Assembly (NCBI GenBank): GCA_964643765.1
Contig: CAZXTM010000005.1
Location: 1,677-65,676, forward strand
DNA: 64,000 bases
Direction of reading: 5' to 3'
Source of the DNA: an uncultured Bifidobacteriaceae bacterium
GTDB taxonomy: Bacteria; Acidobacteriota; Vicinamibacteria; Vicinamibacterales; UBA2999
Position 1 is the first letter of the stretch. Every line of letters starts with the position of its first letter. The translations under genes were made by a program, and so were the position numbers. The notes under the pieces are model-generated. The model was not told the DNA's origin and did no database searches. It worked only from the letters and a program-made list of their open reading frames with translations. Of the stretch, positions 28,766 through 36,122 are shown piece by piece.

Positions 28766-30136
28766 TCAGAGCAGTCCGTCGCCCCAGGGACCGGTGATGG
28801 CCAGCGTGATACCGGGTCGCTGAACATTGACAAACAGCCAGCGGCCATCCGGGCTGTATGCGGCCCCCGCAAACTCGCCGCCCGTGAAGTCGCCACGCAG
28901 GTCTCCGCGTTCGCCGTTGAGCCTGACGTTGTTGCGGGCGAAGCGGAACACGCGGCCCTCGCGCGTGAGGCCGTGCACACAGGGATTGGCAGTCCCGTCC
29001 TCGCACAACGCCACGCCACCCCGCGGACTGACGGTCAGGTTGTCCGGCATGTTCATCACGTCGGCCGACGGCGACTCGAAGACCAGGCGCAGTTGCTGGC
29101 GCTCGATGTCCAGTTCCCAGACCTGGCCCATCTTCACGGCGCCGCCACTGGTGCTGGTGACGAGGATCCGACCGTCGCGATAGGAGGCACCTTCCAAACG
29201 GGCGAACATGGCGCCGCCCTGGTGCCAGCCCTGCATGAACACCCCGTCGCCCCGTCGGGGACCGTCGGGGGCGTGCGCCCGCGTCGGCTCGGCGATGGGC
29301 ACCCAGCGGATCGGCACCACGGTACCGGGCGGCTGATGTCCGCGCAGGTCATGCTGCGGGCGACCGTCGACGGCGAGCATCTCGAGGCGCCCGCCCCTGG
29401 CGAGCTGTCCAGGTACGGTCGGCGTGAACCGGTAGAGCCCCGCCCGGTCGGCATCTTCGGTCTCGTAGACAACGCCAGTGCGCGGGTCGACGGCCACCGC
29501 CTCATGCGAGAAGCGCCCCATCGCTTCCAGCGGTTCGCCAGTGGGCGTTCCCTCGGCCGGCACGTCGAAGACGAAGCCGTGGGGACGGTCAAGGCGCGCG
29601 CCGGGGCTGTCGGGCCCCAGTACGGTTTCCTCACAGGTCAACCAGCTGTTCCACGGGGTCGGCCCGCCGGCGCAGTTGCGCAGGGTCCCCGACAGGCTCA
29701 CGTGGGACGAGCGCAGGGCGCCGGAGACGCTGTCCAGCACGAGCGTCGTGGTGCCGCCACCTCCACGCGCATCGTAGTGGTGGGCTCGGCCGAAGGCGGG
29801 GCCGGGGTCAAGCTCATGGTTGCGGACGAGATGCACGTGCCCATCGCGGCCGGCGAAGGCGGCCATGCCGTCGGGCGCCCCAGGCATGATGCCGCCGTCG
29901 CTGAGCCGATCGCCCGTCCAGGCGAGGCTGCGATAGCGGAAGCCCCTCGGCAGTTGCAGCAGGGGCAGGCCGGTGGTGTCGTCCGCCACCGGGAAGAGTG
30001 GCCCGTATCCTTCGGCTTGCGGCAGCTGGCCCGTGGAGGCCACCTGCCACGCGAGGGCCTCGAGCGGGGCGAATGCTGAGAGCGAGGCCAGCGTGGCCTG
30101 CTGAAGGAAACGTCGGCGGGTCGTACGGTCGGTCAT
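28766..30136 (-). CDS. phoX: PhoX-family phosphatase (DUF839), Tat-secreted
   Basis: Start taken at ATG 30136, preceded by GGAG, giving a twin-arginine signal (MTDRTTRRRFLQQATLASLSAFA). The PhoX signature GTLRNCAGGPTPWNSWLTCEE is present, with beta-propeller-like repeats to the C-terminus. Confidence 0.85.
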   Translation of the reverse strand: MTDRTTRRRFLQQATLASLSAFAPLEALAWQVASTGQLPQAEGYGPLFPVADDTTGLPLLQLPRGFRYRSLAWTGDRLSDGGIMPGAPDGMAAFAGRDGHVHLVRNHELDPGPAFGRAHHYDARGGGGTTTLVLDSVSGALRSSHVSLSGTLRNCAGGPTPWNSWLTCEETVLGPDSPGARLDRPHGFVFDVPAEGTPTGEPLEAMGRFSHEAVAVDPRTGVVYETEDADRAGLYRFTPTVPGQLARGGRLEMLAVDGRPQHDLRGHQPPGTVVPIRWVPIAEPTRAHAPDGPRRGDGVFMQGWHQGGAMFARLEGASYRDGRILVTSTSGGAVKMGQVWELDIERQQLRLVFESPSADVMNMPDNLTVSPRGGVALCEDGTANPCVHGLTREGRVFRFARNNVRLNGERGDLRGDFTGGEFAGAAYSPDGRWLFVNVQRPGITLAITGPWGDGLL

Positions 30137-30155
30137 GGCACCTTGCTCCGGAACG

Positions 30156-31205
30156 TCAGGGGTGCCGCCGGGCGTCGGCGGCGAAGGCTTCGTATTGGTC
30201 AGTCGCAATGAAATCAACGCCGGCGCGACGCGCCGCCTGCCACCGGAGCGCGACGGCATCGGGAGAGCCGAAGTTGTAGCTCGGCGTCCAGCCATCGCCC
30301 GGACCGGCATGGCCGTTCAGTGTGTAGACCCGCATCCACAGACCGAGGGCATGGGCTCTCGACACGAGGGCCGTCAGGCGTTGCGCATCAGCCGCATCCC
30401 ACGCACCAGCCTGCACCTGTCCACCCGCTTCAACAATGGCCCAGGGGAAGTTCACCCAGCGGCGGTAACTGCTCGCGGCCTCGGGCATGGCGCGTTCCGG
30501 GGCCAGCGCCGCATAGGCACGGGCGCGGGCCTCAGGTTCCCCGGGCAGCGTCACCGCGGCGCCGGGCACCGTGCCGAAGACCAGCAGCGGGGCCCCCTCG
30601 GGAACGGCGTCAAAGAACGTCCGTTCCTGATCAGTCCCGTTCTCGGTCAGTACCAGCAGCGGCCCTGGCACCAACCCCGAGGGCGGTTGTCCGTGCGGGC
30701 GCTTTGGCGCTGTCGTGAGCCAGCGCCGATGACGCTCGAGTAGCGCCCACACCGCCCGATGGTGTTCGGGTTCGTTGGTCTTGAAGTCGAGGTGCAGCAC
30801 CAGCACGGGCCAGGTCTCTGGCCGGGGCACGGAGAGGGCCTGTTCCATCTGGGCACGCACGGCATCGAAGAAGTGGGCCTCGAGCGTCGGCTCGTCGCCG
30901 ACAGGCGGGCGGTCGTGGAGCACCACGGAACGCCCCGGCGACGTGGCCGTCGGTGCCACCCAGGCCAGGTCCTGTTCGATGGCCAGGAACGGCGCACCGG
31001 CCCTGCGCGCGCGCGCCAGCCGGTCGGTCCATTGCCCGCGTTCCGGGTAGCAGTTGTGGGCGTGCAGATGCACCCGGCTGCCCGGCACCATGACGGCGGG
31101 GGCCGGTTGTGCGTGTGTGCGACCGGCGAGCGCCCAACCTGTCACCACCAGCATCAGGGCCGCGCCAAGGCAGCTGGGGAAGATCAGGTGACGCGGGCGA
31201 TCCAT
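30156..31205 (-). CDS. PLC-like phosphodiesterase (AIM6 / Ca-dependent PI-PLC-like TIM barrel), secreted
   Basis: Start taken at ATG 31205 (MDRPRHLIFPSCLGAALMLVVTGWALA signal). VHLHAHNCYPE...FLAIEQDLAWV and the C-terminal GVDFIATDQYE resemble the HxHNDY...vEaDvw...D family as I recall it. Confidence 0.55.
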   Translation of the reverse strand: MDRPRHLIFPSCLGAALMLVVTGWALAGRTHAQPAPAVMVPGSRVHLHAHNCYPERGQWTDRLARARRAGAPFLAIEQDLAWVAPTATSPGRSVVLHDRPPVGDEPTLEAHFFDAVRAQMEQALSVPRPETWPVLVLHLDFKTNEPEHHRAVWALLERHRRWLTTAPKRPHGQPPSGLVPGPLLVLTENGTDQERTFFDAVPEGAPLLVFGTVPGAAVTLPGEPEARARAYAALAPERAMPEAASSYRRWVNFPWAIVEAGGQVQAGAWDAADAQRLTALVSRAHALGLWMRVYTLNGHAGPGDGWTPSYNFGSPDAVALRWQAARRAGVDFIATDQYEAFAADARRHP

Positions 31206-31212
31206 GCGCCGC

Positions 31213-31244
31213 AGTAAACCACGCCGCCGTAACGCCCGTGCAAA
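31213..31244 (-). promoter_or_regulatory. two phased heptamers + -10-like hexamer upstream of the PLC-like/phoX genes
   Basis: Minus strand reads TTTGCAC gggc GTTACGG cggcgtgg TTTACT gcggcgc ATG (31205). Confidence 0.35.
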
Positions 31245-31253
31245 ATTCCAGCA

Positions 31254-31307
31254 GTCACGCCGATGTTGCAGACCTTTTGCGCCGCTGTTGCGCAGGGCCG
31301 CTACGGT
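31254..31307 (+). promoter_or_regulatory. four 11-bp-phased heptamers + -10-like hexamer upstream of TonB-dependent receptor 1
   Basis: GTCACGC cgat GTTGCAG acct TTTGCGC cgct GTTGCGC agggccgc TACGGT gatctcc ATG (31315). Confidence 0.45.
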
Positions 31308-31314
31308 GATCTCC

Positions 31315-34300
31315 ATGTTCAGCCGCCTCTTTCATGCTCTGTTGCTGCTCTGCAGTGTGCTGGTGCTGCCAGCCACGGCTCAGGTTGACCGCGCCACCAT
31401 CACCGGCACCGTGACCGACCCCTCGTCGGCCCGCGTGGGGCAGGCCACGGTCTCACTCACTCATCTGTCGACGGGGGTGACCGAGCGGGTGTCCACCACG
31501 ACCGACGGGGTGTATCGAGTTCTGAACCTGGCGCCGGGCACATACCTGGTCGAGGTCGGGGCCAACGGCTTCCAGACACTGTCCCAGACCATCGAACTGT
31601 CGGTCGGCCAGCGAGCCAGTCTCGACGTCTCGCTCGCCGTCGGAGGCGTGGGCGAAACGGTCAAGGTGGAAGGCGTGACGCCGCTGCTCGATACGCAGAG
31701 CGCGGTGGTCGGCACCGTGGTCAGCCGGAACGAAATTGCCAACCTGCCACTGGCCATCCGCAACTGGGATGACCTGCTGTTCACGATTCCCGGCGTGCAG
31801 GGCGATCGGTACACCGAGCAGACTGGCACGACCAATGCCGGCCGCACGGGCGGCGTCAGCATCCACGGCAACCGGTCCCTGCAGAACAACTTCCTGCTGG
31901 ACGGTGTTGACAACAACTCCATCTCCACCAACGTGCAGGAGCTGAGCACGCAGGTCTCGCGTCCCTCCATCGACGCCATTGGCGAGTTCAAGGTGGTCAC
32001 CAGTCCCTTCGCCGCGGAATATGGCCGTGCACCGGGGGGCGCTATCGTGGTGACCACCAAGTCAGGCACCAATGACATCCGCGGCACCGCATACGACTAC
32101 TACCGTGACGAGCGGTTCGATGAGCGGACATTCTTCGCGAAGCGGGCGAACCTGACCAAGCCGTCGAATGACCAGAACCAGATTGGCTTCAACGCGGGCG
32201 GTCCCCTCGTCCGGAACCGCGCCTTCTTCTTCGGTGATTTCGAAGCCACCCGCATCAGCCAGGGCGTGCTGCGCGCAGGGCGTGTGGCCACGCCGAATGA
32301 ACGCAACGGCATCTTCACCTCGGCGATTCGTGATCCGCTGACCGGCCAGCCGTTTCCGGATAACACCATTCCCGCCAGCCGCCTCGATCCGGTCGCACGG
32401 GCCGTGATGAACCTGGTGCCCCTGCCGAACACCACCGGCACCAACAACTTCGTGCGCCAGCCGAACGTCGAGGACAACGGCGAGCGCTATCTGGGACGCG
32501 TCGATGTGAAGCCCGGCACCAGTGACAGCCTGTTTGTCCGCTACATCTACACCGACCGCACCCGGTTCGTGCCCGGGTTCCTCGGCGGCATTGTCGACGG
32601 GACGTCGACCTCGGCCTGGGGCCGCAACTTCCTCACGTCGCATGCCGCGGTCGGCGGATGGACCAGGGTGCTGGGCTCTGCCGTGGTCAATGAACTGCGC
32701 GTGTCGTATGCACGCGGCATCTCCGATGGCCAGCAGGACCCGTTCGGCCAGGACGGCATCGCCCAGATCGGCTTCAAGGGCGTGCCGGCCAATCCGACGG
32801 TGAGCGGCGGCATCATGGGCGTCGACATCTCGGGTCACGTGCGACTGGGCTCGCCGAACTTCATGCCCAAGTACCAGTTCACGACGCAGATGCAGTTCCT
32901 GAACACCCTGTCGGTCCTGCGCGGTAATCACCAGTTCAAGGTCGGGGCCGACATCATGGCCCCCATGAACAATGAATACGTCGACATTCCGTCGACCCGC
33001 GGGAACCTGGGCTTCAACGGGCAGTTCACGGGCAATGCCCTGGCGGACTTCATGCTCGGTTATGTGCGGCAGGCCGAACTGTCGAACGTGCACATCGTCA
33101 ACCAGCGCCGCTATGCGTATGGCCTCTTCATCCAGGACGACTGGCGCGTTACGCCTGCGCTGACCCTGAATCTGGGCCTGCGATACGACTTCATGTCACC
33201 GTCGTACGAGCGCGACAACCTGATGGCCAACTTCAACCCGGCCACGGGCACCCTGGTCTACGCCAAGGCCGGCTCGCTGGAAGACCGCGCCCTGGTGGCG
33301 CCCGATCGCAACAACTTCGGCCCGCGCGTGGGTGTGGTGTATCAGGTCACTGCACGCACGGTAGTACGGGGCGGCTACGGCATGTTCTTCAATGCGCTCG
33401 ATCGCATCGGGTCGGAAGATCAGCTGGCCCTGAATCCCCCGGGACTCATCAACAACAACCAGCTGACGTCCTCGACGACGGCCCCGGTGTTCTTCCTGCG
33501 TGACGGCTTCCCGGCCAACTACCTCGATCCGGGCAACATCGTGCTGAGCCGCCTGCTGGTGCGCGCAGCGAATCCGGTGGGCACCAATGCCACGTTCCAG
33601 CAGGTGGCCGTGGGAGTCGAACGGCAACTGCGCCGCAACCTGGTGGTGTCGGCGGATGGGATCGGCAACTTCGGCCGCAACATTGCGGTGCTGCGCAACC
33701 TCAACCAGCCGGCCAACGGTAACGGTGCGCGTCCCTACCCGGCGTTCGCACACATTCAGTGGCGTGACCCGATCGGGACCTCGCGCTACTACGGCGTGGA
33801 CCTCGCCGCCGAGAAGCGCATGGCCGACGGCTACAGCTGGCGCCTGGCCTACACGCTGTCCGAGGCGCGTGACCAGGCCCCCGAGCATCTGGCCGCCACG
33901 TCGGGCCGACAGCAGGACACGAACAACATCGATGCCTGGGAGGGCCCTGCGGACTTCGACGTGCGGCATCGCTTCGTGGGGACGTTTGTCGCAGAGTCGC
34001 CAGTGGGCGCTGACCGGCCGGTGAACCTCGGCCGCGCGGGCAATGCGCTGCTCGGGGGATGGTCGCTGAGCGGCATCTACACCGCACGCTCGGGACGTCC
34101 CTTCACGGTGACCCAGGGAGGCCTGGAAGGCGCGACCTGGATGCCGAATCTGGTGGGGACCCCCGAAGGGCAGCGCACCGTGGACAGCTGGTACAACGTG
34201 GCGGCGTTCCAGCGTGTGAATCCTGGCGTGTTCGGCAACAACACGCGGAACTCACTGCGGGGACCAGGCTACGCCACGCTCGATTTCGCACTGCAGCGCC

Positions 34301-34476
34301 GACTCACCTTCACCCAGCGATTCGCAGCAGCCCTGCGGTGGGACGTGTTCAACGTGCTCAACCGGGCGAATCTCGGCAACCCCGACAGCAACATCACCGG
34401 TGTCACGGCCGGTTCGATCACCTCCCTGGCGGGTGATCCCCGCGTGATGCAGTTCTCGCTGCGCCTGTTCTTCTAG
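31315..34476 (+). CDS. TonB-dependent receptor with N-terminal carboxypeptidase-regulatory-like domain
   Basis: Signal peptide MFSRLFHALLLLCSVLVLPATAQ, then a CarboxypepD_reg-like domain (ATITGTVTDPS...TDGVYRVLNLAPGTYLVEV), a plug (IANLPLA, NFLLDGVDNN) and a long beta-barrel ending in the aromatic terminal residue (...QFSLRLFF). Confidence 0.88.
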   Translation: MFSRLFHALLLLCSVLVLPATAQVDRATITGTVTDPSSARVGQATVSLTHLSTGVTERVSTTTDGVYRVLNLAPGTYLVEVGANGFQTLSQTIELSVGQRASLDVSLAVGGVGETVKVEGVTPLLDTQSAVVGTVVSRNEIANLPLAIRNWDDLLFTIPGVQGDRYTEQTGTTNAGRTGGVSIHGNRSLQNNFLLDGVDNNSISTNVQELSTQVSRPSIDAIGEFKVVTSPFAAEYGRAPGGAIVVTTKSGTNDIRGTAYDYYRDERFDERTFFAKRANLTKPSNDQNQIGFNAGGPLVRNRAFFFGDFEATRISQGVLRAGRVATPNERNGIFTSAIRDPLTGQPFPDNTIPASRLDPVARAVMNLVPLPNTTGTNNFVRQPNVEDNGERYLGRVDVKPGTSDSLFVRYIYTDRTRFVPGFLGGIVDGTSTSAWGRNFLTSHAAVGGWTRVLGSAVVNELRVSYARGISDGQQDPFGQDGIAQIGFKGVPANPTVSGGIMGVDISGHVRLGSPNFMPKYQFTTQMQFLNTLSVLRGNHQFKVGADIMAPMNNEYVDIPSTRGNLGFNGQFTGNALADFMLGYVRQAELSNVHIVNQRRYAYGLFIQDDWRVTPALTLNLGLRYDFMSPSYERDNLMANFNPATGTLVYAKAGSLEDRALVAPDRNNFGPRVGVVYQVTARTVVRGGYGMFFNALDRIGSEDQLALNPPGLINNNQLTSSTTAPVFFLRDGFPANYLDPGNIVLSRLLVRAANPVGTNATFQQVAVGVERQLRRNLVVSADGIGNFGRNIAVLRNLNQPANGNGARPYPAFAHIQWRDPIGTSRYYGVDLAAEKRMADGYSWRLAYTLSEARDQAPEHLAATSGRQQDTNNIDAWEGPADFDVRHRFVGTFVAESPVGADRPVNLGRAGNALLGGWSLSGIYTARSGRPFTVTQGGLEGATWMPNLVGTPEGQRTVDSWYNVAAFQRVNPGVFGNNTRNSLRGPGYATLDFALQRRLTFTQRFAAALRWDVFNVLNRANLGNPDSNITGVTAGSITSLAGDPRVMQFSLRLFF

Positions 34477-34479
34477 GCA

Positions 34480-35991
34480 GTGACGATCTCACGAGTGCGT
34501 GCCATCGACGCCCCGATCAGCCGGACCGGCTGGCCGGGGTGTCTGCTGTGGGGGCTGCTGGTTGCGGCGTCGGGATGCAGGCCGACGCCGCCCGTCCGGA
34601 CCGCTGTCACCTTCCCGGTCACCGTCACGCTCCAGGGCGAGGTGACCCGGGCCGACTACGAAACCCTGCGTGAACTGCCGTTCGATGTGCCGGCAGGTAC
34701 TGCGCGCATCGAGCTGCAGCTCGAGGCCGAGGGCAGCGACGCCCGTACCGTCTTCGACGTGGGTCTCCGCAGCCCGGAGGGGCTGCGCGGCTGGAGCGGC
34801 GGACGCCACGAGCGGCTGCACATCTCGGCCCTGGAAGCCAGCGCCGGATATCTGCCGGGGCCAATTTCGGCAGGACGCTGGGCCGTGATTCTCGGGGTGC
34901 CCAACATCCGTGATGGCCGCCGCGACGCATTCCGTGTATCGGTGATCCTGAGCGATCGGGCGCGCGAGTGGGGCCCCGTCGTGCGGAGCGGGCCGGCCTG
35001 GTATGCCGGCGACCTGCACGCACACTCGGGCCACTCGGATGGCCGGATTCGCCTCGGCACGCCGCAGGCCATCGGCGGCCCCGTGCATGTGGTGTTCGAG
35101 GCCGCCAGGCAGGCGGGGCTCGACTTCGTCACGCTGTCTGATCACAACACCGCCGCCCACTGGCTTGATGTGGCACGCCTGCAGCCCTTCTATGCGCCCA
35201 TGCTGCTGCTGCCTGGACGCGAAGTGACCACGTATCGCGGCCATGCCAACACGGTGGGGGAGCGGGCGTTCAGCGACTTCCGTCTGTCTTCGCCGCAGGC
35301 GTCTCCAGTCGAAGTCGTGGCACCCATCCGGGGGAGCGGCGCCTTCGTTTCCATTAACCATCCCGGCCGTCCCGACGACGAGACCTGCATGGGCTGCGGA
35401 TGGAACGTCGATGACGAGGCGATGCTGGAGGCGGTGGACGGCGTCGAGATCGTCAATGGCATGACGCACAGCGGTCCCCAGTCGGGATGGGCGATCTGGG
35501 CCCGGTGGCTCAATCGCGGGCATCGCCTGACCGCCGTGGGGGGCAGCGACGAACACACGCCGGAAGAGACCGCCGACTACGCGCTGGGGCAACCGACCAC
35601 GGTCGTCTGGGCCGAGTCGCTCTCGGAAGGGGCCCTCGTGGCCGGTCTCAAGTCGGGGCGGGTCTATGTGCGGGTCGACGGGCCCGGCGGGCCCACGCTC
35701 GACCTCCGGGCCACGGATGGAGTCACCACCTGGCAGATGGGCGATGAGGTACCAGCGTCGGCCCTGAACGGGCTGCGGTTCGAGGCTGACGTGGCCGGCG
35801 CCGACGGCCAGCGGGTGGAGTGGATCCGGAACGGCGAGGTCGTCGCAACGCGAAGCATTCAGGGCCCGGCAGTGCGACTGCCGCAGGCCCTGACGGTGGT
35901 CGATGGCGACTGGGTGGCACTGACGGTTCGGCAGGGCACCGTCCCGACCGCGTTCAGCAATCCCGTGTATATCGGCCGGCGGCGGCGATGA
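34480..35991 (+). CDS. PHP-domain metallohydrolase (CehA/McbA-like), putative lipoprotein
   Basis: GTG start 4 nt after the receptor stop. Lipoprotein-like LLVAASGC. PHP metal-binding motifs: YAGDLHAHSGHSDG, VTLSDHN, SINHP, GGSDEH. Confidence 0.75.
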   Translation: MTISRVRAIDAPISRTGWPGCLLWGLLVAASGCRPTPPVRTAVTFPVTVTLQGEVTRADYETLRELPFDVPAGTARIELQLEAEGSDARTVFDVGLRSPEGLRGWSGGRHERLHISALEASAGYLPGPISAGRWAVILGVPNIRDGRRDAFRVSVILSDRAREWGPVVRSGPAWYAGDLHAHSGHSDGRIRLGTPQAIGGPVHVVFEAARQAGLDFVTLSDHNTAAHWLDVARLQPFYAPMLLLPGREVTTYRGHANTVGERAFSDFRLSSPQASPVEVVAPIRGSGAFVSINHPGRPDDETCMGCGWNVDDEAMLEAVDGVEIVNGMTHSGPQSGWAIWARWLNRGHRLTAVGGSDEHTPEETADYALGQPTTVVWAESLSEGALVAGLKSGRVYVRVDGPGGPTLDLRATDGVTTWQMGDEVPASALNGLRFEADVAGADGQRVEWIRNGEVVATRSIQGPAVRLPQALTVVDGDWVALTVRQGTVPTAFSNPVYIGRRRR

Positions 35992-36017
35992 CACCGGCTA
36001 CCTCGCCTGCCTGCAAC

Positions 36018-36071
36018 TTTACACGACCGTTACCCGGCCGTCATCGACGCTTCACGCCCGGCCGCTAGCCT
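36018..36071 (+). promoter_or_regulatory. four 11-bp-phased heptamers + -10-like hexamer upstream of TonB-dependent receptor 2
   Basis: TTTACAC gacc GTTACCC ggcc GTCATCG acgc TTCACGC ccggccgc TAGCCT. The gap plus hexamer is nearly identical to the orphan-regulator promoter. Confidence 0.45.
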
Positions 36072-36122
36072 GTCCAGAGAGTGGCAACCAACCATCCCTA
36101 TTCATTCGTGACGAGGCTTTCC

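Noticed and set aside
31214-31234. GTAAAC / GTAACG on the plus strand of the divergent gap as extra repeat units for receptor 1.
   Set aside because: They are spaced 15 nt apart and are out of phase with the four-unit array. They are better explained as the reverse complement of the leftward-facing site (GTTACGG, TTTACT).
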